The position numbers were made by a program, and so were the translations under genes. The notes beneath the pieces are model-generated. The model ran no database searches and had not been told where the DNA came from. It saw nothing but the letters and a program-made list of their open reading frames with translations. A stretch of DNA of 64,000 nucleotides from Octopus sinensis (lineage: Eukaryota): contig NC_043008.1 of assembly GCF_006345805.1 (NCBI RefSeq), positions 52,514,001 to 52,578,000 of the forward strand. Reading direction: 5' to 3'. The number at the start of each line of letters is the position of its first letter. Within the stretch, counting starts at the first letter, position 1. Positions 48,830-62,681 of the stretch are shown here, piece by piece.

Positions 48830-51800
48830 TGTCTGGGGAGAGTCACATTGTCTTAATGCCTTACTATTTAACACACTCACTGGTTCAGTTTCCACTCATT
48901 TATTATTTAGATATATATATGTGTGTGTATATGTATGTATGTATATTATGGGTATATGTGTCTGGATTTTCTCTTATATATGTTTCATAAAGTTGAATGT
49001 TTTAAGAGAATTTGACACATATATATGCATATACATACATTTGTACATGTGTGCCTCCACAGACTGTGGTCATAAAACTTCTTATAAGATGTGCCTATTA
49101 TTTCCAATGGTATTTTCAGAAAAATAAATATTTACTTTTCACATACATCAACAGACAAAAGAATTCATATGACATTGTCCAGCTTTTCTCTTACATTGAA
49201 ATTTTGCATTGCTTCATCGATATTTTTGTTCATATATAATTGTAATTTGTATTTTTTTAAAGTCAGAATATGACTTCTTACCATTTAAGAGAGTTTTTGA
49301 AATGAATGCATGACCTTTAAAATGCAGCCTAAAAACCAATGGTTTTAAACTTTTTCTAGCTGAGACTAGCTTTTAAAAAATAGTATCCCATTTCATCTTT
49401 TTCCAAAAACAAGAAAAATGAAAAAAGAAGAGACATCTAATTATTTTGATTAAACAGAAAATTTATTTTGCTCAGACATTTAATTCCATCCAGCATGCGC
49501 TTTTTGCCAGATATTTTTGTCAACCAGTGTCCACTGATGCTAATTTTTTATGGTGAAGACTTTAATAACGAAATTATATTGAACCTTGGTGCATCCTCAG
49601 TCATGTTTTGCTCACAAAAAAACAAACAAAATATCCTGTTCATATTTTAATGCCAATAAAGTTTTTTTCTTTTTTTGAAAATGCATTTAAACTATAAATA
49701 TTCTACATGTTTTAAACTATTTATTTGTAACAAAAGTCAGAATATTCTAAACACCAAGCTCTCCACCCATCTCCATAGTGTCCTCTTGTGATCCCACAAT
49801 GCTCACAAGGGGTGCTAATGTTCAAATTGAAGAATTACTGTCCTAAACAATTTTAAATGTTCAACGGTGTCATACAAATGGCACACGTGCCAGTAGCTCA
49901 TAAAAGCACCCATTACACTCTCGGAGCAGATGGTGTTAGGAAGGGCATCCAGCCATAGAAAACCATGCCAAATCAGACTGGAGTCTGGTGCAGCCTCCCT
50001 ATGTACCAGCCCTGATCAAACTTTCCAACCCATGCCAGCATGGACAACGGATGTTAAATGATGATGAACTTCTGTATTTCATAACTCATAAAAATTTGAG
50101 ATTAATTTTTTTACCTTCTTTTATACAGGAATATGAGGATGCACAGCCTAGTGGTTAGAGTGTTGCACTGACTATTGCAAGACTGTGGTTTCAATTCCTG
50201 GACTGGGTGATGCATTGTATTCTTGAGCAAAACACTTCATCTCTTGTTGCTCTCTGATCGCTCTGACATCTGACGTGTGGTACACAGTACACTTGTTCAA
50301 GCAATGGTTATTTGATGGAGGGAGCAAACATTTGAACTCTATAAAACAAATCATTTGTACAGATTGTTCAGCAAGGAATTGCAGAACCGTCTTTCTTGGA
50401 CTGTAAGAAACTACTACCACCATCATCATCATCATATGCTAAATATTATAAAACAAGGTGTGTATGAGAGAGTGTATATTGTCTAACAGGTTGACATAGT
50501 TGCTCATGTTACTTAAACTTTTGGGGAGGTGAAAACACCATGACCATTTCCTTAGACATTTGGTAACATAATGTAGAAAGAACAAGATGGATTCTTTCTT
50601 ACAGAGATAGTATAAACTCCTCTGTTCAGTTTAGTTCAATGGTTCTCAACCAGTTTTCCCTGTGGATCCCCTCGATTCCTGTTTCACTTAAATGGACCCC
50701 CCCCCCCATGATCTTGTTCAACTCATACTAGCTTATATAAACAAACAATATATTTATTTCTTTTTAAAATATTCTTTGAAGCATGGTGTTTTTCTCCCTC
50801 TTCTTATCTAAGTGATTGCAAAGTTCTTGTTTCAAATCCATATAAAAGCAATAATTTCAAGTTCCTTGTGCAAGATTTGTTTTCTTCTGCTCTGCTCCAA
50901 CATAATTAAAAAAAAAAAGAAGAAAAGAAAAAAGAAAAAAATGGAAATCAAGTTAAATCAATTATTAAAAACCTATTCATTTCAATGCTGTGACATATTG
51001 AATGTTTCATAGCAGTTAATAATTGAATGGTATTCTCAACCAAATGCAGATGGTGTGTGATGAATTCTTTCCATTTGGGTAGACAACATGGTAGTTTGCC
51101 AATTTTTAGATCAGTTGGAATAAGAAGTGTTTCATATACCCAGGTGGACGCACTGAAGCATCTTCGTTTCTTTTTTTTTTCGCTCTTTCGTTATGTTTTG
51201 TTATTCTCAATAACTAGGGAATTGTTCATTTCTGCTGGGTTGGAGTTTATGTCATTGAACGGTTTAACATTTCTACTTGAAATCTGGAGAGAGATGATAT
51301 TTATATATACACACATACATATATTCATTCATATATATAAACACACACATATGTAAGTATATGTATAAATATGTCTAGACATGCATATATGTATGTGATA
51401 CATAGGTGTATGTTTGTATGTATATTAGTACTTATAATATATGTTATGTATGTATACATATATATATAAAGATATAAACACACACACACATATGCAAGTA
51501 TGTGTATACATATGTCTAGACATGCATATATGTATGTGATACATAGGTGTATGTTTGTATGTATTTTAGTACTTATAACATATGTGTATGCACATATCTT
51601 CAGACGTATATTTCATGATCCCCAACATTATAAACATTCCCTTGTTAGTGCATAGTGTTTTATGCATTTAAAAATGCTTCATATTTACATGCTTTTCAGA
51701 TCTATAGTTTAAGAGATTGTGGCTAAGTCAGAGCCATTCTTCTTTGTTTTAAATTTTGTAATTGGGATTGCAACACAATGTTAAAGAAAGTTGACTCAAC

Positions 51801-52039
51801 CTAAACAGATATGTATTCCTAGCCATTCATCCATCTGTCCATCTATCCATCCATCCATATATCCATTCACTTCTCTGCCTGTCTGTCTGACCGTCCATCT
51901 TTCTGTCCAGCCATCTATCAGACTACCCTCTATATAAGCACCTGTCTGTCCATCCATCCAAACACTCACCCATCCATCCATCATCCATCCATCCATCCAC
52001 CCACCCACCCACCCACCCACCCACCCACTCAACCATGTA

Positions 52040-52216
52040 CTAGGGGGTGCTGAAAAGTTTCTGCCTTTGGGTAAAAGAAAATACAGGAGGATTAGTTAAT
52101 TATGATTTTATTCAATATATTCCTCCCTAAGCCCTGTAAAAGAATTTGGAATGTTGGGCCTTCAGCCAGGCATTTCATGATACCATTAAAGCCAGAAACT
52201 TTTCAGCACCCTCTTG
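52040..52216. mobile_element. Mariner-derived MITE
   Basis: TA|CTAGGGGGTGCTGAAAAGTTTCTG at left and CAGAAACTTTTTCAGCACCCTCTTG at right. Confidence 0.7.
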
Positions 52217-52243
52217 AATATGTGTATATATATATATATATAT

Positions 52244-52455
52244 AAATGTGACCACGTGTGTATCGTTGGCGATCTTTTTCCTTCATCTTCCTTTCCTTGG
52301 ATTTTTCCTTTGCCTATATTTCTGATGAAGAGCTCTGCTTGAACCATTAAATCCTCCTTCTTTCTTTCCTTTCCTCAGTGTCCAATAACACTATACTTGT
52401 TCCACATCCTCGTGTTGTTGTGTTTTCTCTTTGTGTTTTCATCTTTGGATTAACT
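52244..52455 (+). mobile_element. Second, more degenerate copy of the 30113-30312 Penelope-like repeat
   Basis: Reverse-complement similarity to 30113-30312; CTGATGA core at 52322-52328 but GAAAC changed to GAACC. Confidence 0.65.
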
Positions 52456-54119
52456 ATATATATGTATATATATATATATAATGTTATATTATATTGTATT
52501 AGAGGTAAAATCAAAAACGATGGCAGACCAAGTATCTCAAGTTATTTAGAATAATTTAATTAGGGTATGCTAGCCATTTCTAGCATAACCCAAAGTGGCA
52601 GGTTAGCATGTCCACGCACTGGGAATGCCATCATCAGAGACACTGTATGAATATTTTAGACAGGGAAAATTTAGTTTACAAGGAATAAAATTCACAGTTT
52701 TTAAGGAAGAAAATAGAAGGATAAAGAGAAGAATAAAGAGTAAAAGTAGTTAGAAGAATATAGGCGGGAGAATAATGTTCATAACTCATCTTTTTCTAGA
52801 GGATATGGATATTGGTCAGTACTTCCATGAAGGTACAGGTCGTTAGTTAAAATCCCAGGTAAATCCAGGTGGTATTTTGGTAGTGTTTTGAATAACTTAT
52901 ATTGTAAATGCGTATATAGAGCGAGAAAGTAAGATAGACATTAATGAGTTTTGTTAGTGGGAATAGATGGGAGAGAGAAAAGAAAGGAATAAAAATAAGA
53001 TAGAGGGAAAAATAAAATAAAAGTAAAGGTAATGATAGTGATATTATAAATGGGTTTCATGAGTGGGTGTATATGGGAGAGAGAGGAGAAATGGAGTAAA
53101 AATAAAATTGGGGTAAATGAGTAAAAATAAGAATAAAGATAAAAGTAAAGGTAATGATAGAGATAAGTGAGTATTGCATCGGGGTAAGAGATCAAATGTT
53201 AAAGTTTCAGTAAAGTGGGGATTACAGAGCACAATATTATAGGGGTTAGAACAGATATTTAGAATTATATTTCAAGCTTAATAACAATTAAATGATACAA
53301 GATAAAGGATTAAGAATTAAATTTAAAACTTAAAACCTAAATTTAAAATTACAAACTAAGAAAAATAAAATCTGAAAAACTACAAAAAATAAAAACTATT
53401 GAAACGAAACTAGCTAGTTTCTAAGATACTCTTATGTTGATAGAGAGGTAGAAGAAAAGAAAACCTAGTTATCTTCTAAGATGCTATTGTTGATAGAGAG
53501 GTAGAAAAAAAAGAAGAAATCATACTCATAAACACACACCCACAAACACACATACATATACATACACATATATATACATATGTACACATACATATACATA
53601 CATACACACATATATATACATACATACACACATATACATACATACATAAATACATACATATATATACATACACACACATACATATATACATACATACACA
53701 CACATACATACATACATACATACATACATATTGTAATGTCCATGGATGGATGTGTTATGCATGTTGATTTTGTTTGTATTTGGATCTAAAGAAGAATTTT
53801 AAGGTGTGATAGAACCTATGACAGCATGTTAGAAAAGCTTTATGCTGTTTATTTAGTAATTGCAGTGAATTATGCATATTTGGAAGGCTTCTTTTAAGCA
53901 TAGTCCACTAGTGGACTGTTAGAATCTATTGTGGCCAATGATATCCTATATGGTACCTTTATTTATGTTAATTGATGATGATGATGACAATGATATGTAT
54001 GTGTGTGTGTGTTGGTGTAACTCAGCAAAAATTCCTTAAAGCTCTAAGTATCAAGCTAGCTCCCTTTATTCCAAGGAGAATTTAGGCTTTCGATTATGTG
54101 AGAATACTCTTACTCTTCA

Positions 54120-54322
54120 CTCTCTTTTACTTGTTTCATTCATTTGACTGCGGCCATGCTGGAGCACCGCCTTTAGTCGAGCAAATCGACCCCGGGACTT
54201 ATTCTTTGTAAGCCCAGTACTTATTCTATCAGTCTCTTTTGCCGAACTGCTAAGTGATGGGGACGTAAACACACCAGCATCGGTTGTCAAGCAATGCTTG
54301 GGGGACAAACACAGACACACAC

Positions 54323-54357
<35 letters not shown>

Positions 54358-54525
54358 CATATATACGACAGGCTTCTTTCAGTTTCCGTCTACCAAATCC
54401 ACTCACAAGGCATTGGTCGGCCTGGGGCTATAGCAGAAGACACTTGCCGAAGATGCCACGCAGTGGGACTGAACCCGGAACCATGTGGTTGGTTAGCAAG
54501 TTACTTACCACACAGCCACTCCTGC
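54120..54525 (-). mobile_element. SINE family B
   Basis: Full-length family match. Confidence 0.85.
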
Positions 54526-54675
54526 TTGAATAAGTTCCCAATTACTGGGATTATTATAATTGACTCAAAAGATGTATCCCGAAATATACAAGTGTAGCAA
54601 TATGACCAGAGTCCAATGACTGAAACCAGTAAAAGATTAAAAGAACACAAATGACAGATTTACAAACAAAACTAT

Positions 54676-54681
54676 TTTATT
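54676..54681 (-). promoter_or_regulatory. Candidate polyadenylation signal of the SLC22 gene
   Basis: AATAAA on - strand ~70 nt after the stop codon, followed by a GT/T-rich stretch. Confidence 0.5.
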
Positions 54682-54751
54682 ACTTCTCTTTTGACATACA
54701 GATGCTGTCCAATATACTGGACTGCGTCTGTATCCTTTAGGAAAAAAAAAA

Positions 54752-54943
54752 CTAGTGCTTTTGTTTTTTTATTTTTTTCTTAGCAATCCTTCTTTTCATT
54801 TCCTCTCTGTCTCTAATTTTGGCATCTTCTACCGTTTGGGGTAGTTGTTTGTTTAATGTTTCTGGTAAGAATCTAATCAATATGTTCATCAAGAGACATA
54901 TTACACCAAAGGTAATACCTGGTGCCCAAGGAACCAATTTACT
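54752..54943 (-). CDS. SLC22 terminal exon (SKLVPWAPGITFG...LPETLNKQLPQTVED...KKQKH*)
   Basis: Acceptor TTTTCAG|, phase 0, TAG stop. Confidence 0.92.
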   Translation of the reverse strand, partial: SKLVPWAPGITFGVICLLMNILIRFLPETLNKQLPQTVEDAKIRDREEMKRRIAKKKIKKQKH

Positions 54944-57900
54944 CTGAAAATTAAAAAAAAATAAAATTTTAATTGTTAAAAATAATGCTGTAATTTATTT
55001 CAAAACTATTCTTGCACAGGTGTGGTTGTAGGGTAAGACGTTTGCTATGCAAACATATTTACTGTCCACGATTCCATGTTTGAATTCTGAGACACATTCA
55101 TACATACATACATATGGTGATGCAAACAGGAAAATAAGAACTCGAAATATGGGTATATGTATATTTTTATCGACAAGATAGATATGCGTATACCACATTC
55201 TCTGTGATAGTATCAGGGAAATAGTGAACTGAACACAGTTCCCTAATTCGACTGTATTGGGTGCATCATCTCATCAGATACCAAGATCAGCAAAGTCAAA
55301 GCTTCTGCATTTGGCAGAATGTAGAACAGAATCAAGCACAGCAAGCATCTGCCAGAAACTACAGAATTCAGTGTGTGTATGAAACCAGTGTACTGAATAG
55401 CCTCCTGTATTCCTCCAAGCCCTGGGTCACTTATTGTCACCATCAATACAGCTCCTTAAGAGCTTCTACCATTACTCCTCTCCCCTCCTCTTTCTATCTC
55501 TGTCTCATTCCCTGCTCTTTCTCACCCAACATTATCCATTAAAAGTTCATTTGTGATGCCCCGACTCAACTCTGGCCTGCCATTTGCCCTTCCAAACCAA
55601 GTTTCCTATATTCCAGCTTTTTATTTTATGTTGTTTGTTTTGTCATTTTCTTTTTCCTTTTTCTTTTCTTCTTCCTTTTCTTTCTTTCACCAAAAGCATT
55701 GCAGTCAATGCCATTGAGGTACCAAAACAATGCTTTCAAATAATAGGTTAAATTCCTCTCCAACACATTTGCTCCCAGTCTGTCTCTCAAATTGATATTA
55801 TTACATCAGCCACAATTTACTAAACATATTGCTACATTAAATATTTATCTAACAACAAGAATCCTAATTAATTGCCTGTTTAATGAATGTCAAGATTACA
55901 AAATTGACTTTTTCAATATTTTGTAGCTCATTTTTTACATTTTCTGTTCTTTTTATTGTTTTCTGTGTGTGTGTTTTGGTGGTGGGGAACGGGGATTGTT
56001 TGATAATAAAATTTTAAGATTGGTGGAAAAACTAACTTCATTTATCTGACAATTTCAAAACATAAAAGTCGAACGATGGACATGTTTTTATTAGATAACT
56101 GCACACACACACACACTCACATGTTATACAAATAATCAGTTGCTGTAACAATTTTTTGCAGTAAACTAATACAAAGTTTAACATCAATTGATAAATGAAT
56201 GACAGAAGAATGGGAGTTATATAATCACTTTCATTAACTGACAGCTGTTTCTGCTGTGAGTAGGTGTCCACCCAGAGATGAGTGCAAGTATGACATCATA
56301 TACTTTCATTAGAGCCATGTGAATGAAGTGTTTCATTATTGCAGAATATATATATATATACTCTTTTACTCTTCTACTTGTTTTACTCCTTTACTTCACT
56401 GTGGCCATGTTGGAGCACCGCCTTTAGTCAAGCAAATCGACCCCAGGATTTATTCTTTGTAAGCCTAGTACTTATTCTATCAGATTCTGTTGCCGAACCA
56501 CTAAGTTACAGTGACGTAGACACACTAGCATCGGTTGTCAAGCGATGTTGGAGGGACAAACACAGACACACATGCACACATACATATTATATACATATAT
56601 ATGACGGGATTCTTTCAGTTTCTGTCTACCAAATCCACTCACAAGGTTTTTGTCGGCCCGAGGCTATAGTAGAAGACACTTGCCCAAGGTGGCATGCAGT
56701 GGGACTGAACCTGGAACCATGTGGTTGGTAAGGAAGCTACTTACCACACAGCCACTCCTACATACAGACACAGAAGTGGCTGTGTAGAAAGAAGCTTGCT
56801 TCCCAACTGCATAGTTCCAAGTTCAGTCCCACTGCATAGCCACTTTTCTCCGAGCTGCAGCAATTTTTGTCTGGTTCCCAAAGCATCAAGTTCTGAAAAT
56901 GAACTTTCTTATCTTCCATTTTAAAGGGTTACAGAATTAACACAGGTTATAGGAACATAAATCTTCTTCCATGAAAAGATAGCTTAAACTGTGCTCTAAA
57001 TGGAGGTGTAGTCAAATCCTATTTTATGGACTCAAACGTTTTCTAAAATAAGTTGAAAGGTAAGCTGCTCTAAATCGGCAGAAACTTTCCAGACAACCCA
57101 ATGGAAATTGTGATAGAACAGTTGTTAATAATAGTATTCATAAGGTTCATGTTTAGCATTTATACATATAAATTACAATTTAGATGACTAGTTGTTGTTG
57201 GGAAGCAAATAAAGGGAAAACTTACCAGAAATCTAACAAAAGGAGCAATTATTTGACCAAGACGCGATGCTATGCTTGCAAGAGCAGAACCAACATTTCT
57301 GAAATGGATATAGAACATAATGGATAAAACAATTAAAATCTTTCATTTTGGTATAAGTTTTGCAAAATTCTTGATGTGAAATTGTGAAGACGAAAGCATT
57401 TTGGCAAACCTGATTGATAGATTGATTAACTGAATAATTAATCAGAAAACTGATTAGTTGATTTCTCAAATGATTAAGTACTTTTTCTCTTTTATCTTTC
57501 ATTAGTTTCAGTCATTGGATTGTGGCCATACTGGGGCCTCCACCTTGAAAAGTTTTAGTCAAATAAATCAACTCCAGTACTTATTTTTTGAAGCCCCTTC
57601 TATATAAGTCCCCTTTCCTATACTGCTTGGTTGCAGGGATGTAAACAAACCAGCAACTGTTTTCAAGTGATGGAAAAAAAAAAACAAATATACATACACA
57701 CACACATAATGAACTTCCACACAGTTTCTGTCTACCAAATTAGCACACAAAACATTGGTGGGCCTAAAGCTATACTAGAAGACTCTTACCCAAAGTGCTG
57801 TGCAGTGAGACTAAAACCGAATCTATGTGATTACCAGGTGATCTTCTTAATCACACAGCAATACCTGTGCCTTGTGGGCTATTTATATAACAACCCTCGG

Positions 57901-58185
57901 AAGGCGGCGAGCTGGGCGAAACGTTAGCACGCCGGGCGAAATGTGTAGCCGTATTTCGTCTGTCGTTACGTTCCGAGTTCAAATTCCGCCGAGGTCGACT
58001 TTGCCTTTCATCCTTTCAGGGTCGATAAATTAAGCACCAGTTACGCACTGGGGTCGATGTAATCGACTTAATCCCTTTGTCTGTCCTTGTTTGTCCTCTC
58101 TATGTTTAGCCCCTTGTGGGTAGTAAAGAAATATATATAACAACCCTCTCAAGATGTGAGTGTGTGTGTGTAAAGATATATGTTT

Positions 58186-58225
<40 letters not shown>

Positions 58226-61193
58226 CGGAGAACCTGGGTTGTGTGAATTTTTTAAAATGATTCTCCTTTCCGCCAGTCAAAGCTTGCATCACCTACTCGC
58301 ATTCATATATGGTCAAAGTCTTTCTTACAATTTCCAATTGATTTGGTATAGCATTGCTTCCTCTTTCAAGTGCCATGTATAACTGATTATTCTAAAAGAG
58401 GATCTGTGATTATTTAGCCTACTTTCCTGTACTCAAACAGTGAGATATTTGGATGCTGCCCTCATGAGTAACGATTTGTTTTGACAATGTGGTCAGCTCC
58501 ATTTTTGGATTAGAAAATGACATACACGTATACATAAACACAGTTGACACAAGTTAACCCTGAATAATAACAATCCATGGGAAATAACTCTTCTAGTCCC
58601 CCACCCACCCTGGAAATGGTATAATTATTCACTATAAAAGGCGGCGAGCTAACACAAACATTGGCACGCCAGGCGAAATACTTAGCAGTATTACGTCCGC
58701 CGCTACGTTCTGAGTTCAAATTCCGCCAAGGTCGACTTTGCCTTTCATCCTTTCGGGGTCGATTAAATAAGTACCAGTTACGCACTGGGGTCGATATAAT
58801 CGACTTAATCCGTTTGTCTGTCCTTGTTTGTCCCCTCTGTGTTTAGCCCCTTGTGGGCAGTAAAGAAATAGGTATAATTATTCACTATTTTTTACTGTTC
58901 TGCTTATTTTTTTTTTTTTAGTTGCACTGAGCCAAACAGGGTCCATATATACTTCCACCACAAAAGAGGCTCCACGCTTCCAGCCATCATGTCTGAAGAG
59001 TCGTCAGTATTACCAAGTGCAATACTCAAAATGCAATGGATGGCAACATTCTGTCCAGCTATGTAGCTATGTGCCATAACCAGTAATATACTGCACTACA
59101 ATATAAAATATAACCATTGAATTTCTCATATTGAGTGTGTTTTTTTCATTCTTATGGACAGCTATTTGATAATATACATATATACCTATTTCTTTATTAC
59201 CCACAAGGGGCTAAACACAGAGGGGACATTCAAGGACAGACATAGGTATTAAGTCGATTACATCGACCCCAGTGTGTAACTGGTACTTAATTTATCGACC
59301 CCAAAATTTGAACTCGGCGGAATTTGAACTCACAACGTAACGCAGATGAAATACCGCTAAGCATTTCGCCCGGCATGCTAACGTTTCTGCCAGTTCGCCG
59401 CCTTGAATAATATACATATATACTGACATACATATGTATGTGTGTGTGTGTGTATTACTATGTAAAATTTTGGTTTCAGATCCATAATATTGTCCATAAA
59501 CGCATCAATTAATTATTTGGGGTTGGATTTTGTTAAAATTAATTGTTGTTTTTCTTTCTTTTACATTTGGTGGAAAGATCCAGACTTGTTTGACATTTAC
59601 CTGACATCTGTGGGGAAAAGCTCTGTAACATAAATGCCCACTAATAGAAATGCTGCTGAAATGCCAAATGTCCCAAGAAAAGAAAAGCCTGTTGATGCCA
59701 ATAAGGCAATGTCACTGTCTGAAAGAAAGAAATAGAAAAATAAATACATAAATTATAAAACAAATAAACATTATATAAATATTGTAATTCTTGGTATTGT
59801 TGTTGCAAAATTAATAAATATCTCAAGATTTTTTTTAAAGAAATCAATAAAATACTACTGTGAATATGTGAAAGACACAACACAAAATAAAATTTTATAT
59901 CATTGGGTAACTTGTGTGGTTCCTGTAAAAAATGATGGGGTTTGTTTGGTAAACTACTGCAGTACCTGTCAAAAATGATAGAGTTTGTTTGGGAAATTAG
60001 TGCTAGAGCTGTCAAAAATGAAGGAGTTTATTGGGGAAACTTGTGCAGTGCCTGATAAAAATGTGGGAGTTTATTTGGGAAAGTATTGTAGGAACTGTCA
60101 AAAATAATGAAATTGTTTATATATTATCTTTTATTTGTTTTAGCTATTGGACTGTAACTATTCTTTGGTACCACCTTGAAGGGTTTTAGTCAAAGAAATC
60201 AACCCCAGGACTTTTGTTTTTAAGTTTAGTACTTATTCTATTAGGCTCATTTTGCCAAACTACTAAAACAAACACAATGATTCAGACACATTCACACACA
60301 CACACATATATGACAGGCTTCTTTTAGTTTCCATCAATCAAATCCACTCACCGTGGTTGGCCTGAGGCTGTAGTGGAAAACACTTGCCCCAGGTGCCACA
60401 CACTGCAACTGAACTCGGAATCAAATGGTTGGGATGCAATTGTGCCTAATAAAATAAATACCAGGGCAGCACATAGGTTGATGAAACTCCCCAGGCCCCA
60501 GGAGAAAGGATTATTTATAGATTTATCTACTTCAAGTTCCACCATCGAAAATAATTTACTTCATATCTCTCAAGTTTTTTTAAATTCTTAAAACAGAAGC
60601 ATTTTACAAATCTCACTGTTAAGAACAAAATTTCTAAAATGGATTGAGAAAATTCAAAGAATTGTTTTGGTGCACTGGTTAGCTCACCTCTCTGTTGGCA
60701 GAAAATGTGGGTTTGAGTCCCATAGGCAACCTTCAACTCTTCTTTCCATGCAAGGGTTTTATCATCCCAATATTCTACTTTATCTACTTAATTTCTAACT
60801 TAGGCATGAAGCCTAACATTTTGAGGAAGAATTCATAGCTGATCATATTGACACCAACTCATAACTACAACATATTTCATTGATCCTGATCCCAACACCT
60901 CATCCCAGAAGAGGATGAAAGGCAAAGTTGAACTCTATCAGTATTTGAACTTTAAACGAACTTTTAGAATATAAAAATTATAATAATGTATAGTAAAATT
61001 TTCAGATCTTACCACTGAATGTGCGCAGAAGAACTGCAATTATCAATACAATACCAGTGAATGATAAACAACCAATACAGCAGCTCTTGCGAGAGAACCT
61101 GTAAGAAAGAAGCTTAAGAAAGGATTATATTTTTTTTTAAATGCTGTATTTTGAGTGGAAGTAGAAAATATAGATATACTGTGTTCTACATAT

Positions 61194-61231
<38 letters not shown>

Positions 61232-61862
61232 GTATATATACACACACATACATACATATATATATATATATACATATATAGATAGAAAGATAGATAGATA
61301 CATACATACATTCATTCATACATACATACATACATACATACATACATACTACATACATACATACATACATACTCACAGACATACATACATACATACATAA
61401 CATACATACATACACACATACATACATACATACAGACATACATACATACATACATACATACACACATACATACATACATACAACATACATACATACATAC
61501 ATACATACATACATACAACATACATACATACTACATACATACATACATACATACATACATACATACATACATACATACACACATACATACATACATACAT
61601 ACATACATACTACATACATACATACATACTACATACATACATACATACATACCATACATACATACATAATACATACATACATACATACATACATACATAC
61701 ATACATAACATACATACATACATACATACATACATACTCACAGACATACATACATACATACATACATACATACACACATACATACATACATACATACATA
61801 CATACATACATACATACATACATACATACATACATACATACATACATACATACATACATACA

Positions 61863-61893
<31 letters not shown>

Positions 61894-62642
61894 CTAATGT
61901 AGGATAAAAAAATTTTTTCGGAAGAAATATTTTTTCGAAAAAAATTTTATCAATGGCCAGCATATTAAAAAATACCTTTAACGGTTAAATTTATAAACAA
62001 TCCATAAATGAGGGCAAAGGAAAAAATTTCTAATGCCAAATATGCTGAAAAAATTGGACATATTGTCCATTAACCATATAATTTTTTCGCAATATGCACG
62101 CTACTCGAAAAAAGGTCGACAGAAATTTCTAAAAAATTCCATTATTACCATATCGGACCGATTTCAGAGTTAACTACTAAGAGCCCTCTCTTCGTCAGTG
62201 ATACATGTGGAAAAAGAAATAAATGAGATACTTACTCATACCCAATGAAGAAGCAAACACTAAGTCAAGAGCACAACTAAGTACCCCAAATACACCCAAA
62301 ATAGAAATACTCCAGCCCATTCGAGACACGTGCAATTTGAAGAGTGAGATAGTCCGGAAGTGAACACTATTAAATTTATATTTAATGTAGGATAAAATTT
62401 TTTTGAAAAAATATTTCTTCTGAAAAAAATTTTGCATGCTAGCATGGGTTGGATGGTTCAACTGGGGTCTGGGAAGTCAGAAGGCTGTGCCAAGCTCCAG
62501 TCTGATCTGACAGTGTTTCTACAGCTGAATGCCCTCCCTAACACCAACCACTCCATGAGTGTAGTGGGTGCTTTTTACATGCCACCGGCACAGGTGCCAA
62601 ACAAGGCTGGCAAACGGTCACGATCGGATGGTGCTTTTTACG

Positions 62643-62681
<39 letters not shown>

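Noticed and set aside
54752-54770. C-terminal KKXX ER-retrieval signal in the SLC22 protein
   Set aside because: Tail is KKQKH; position -3 is Gln, so it does not fit KKXX or KXKXX.
58930-59095. Additional minus-strand exon (open frame after TTGTAG)
   Set aside because: No donor site seen and no SLC22 similarity; flanking exons already join in phase without a gap.
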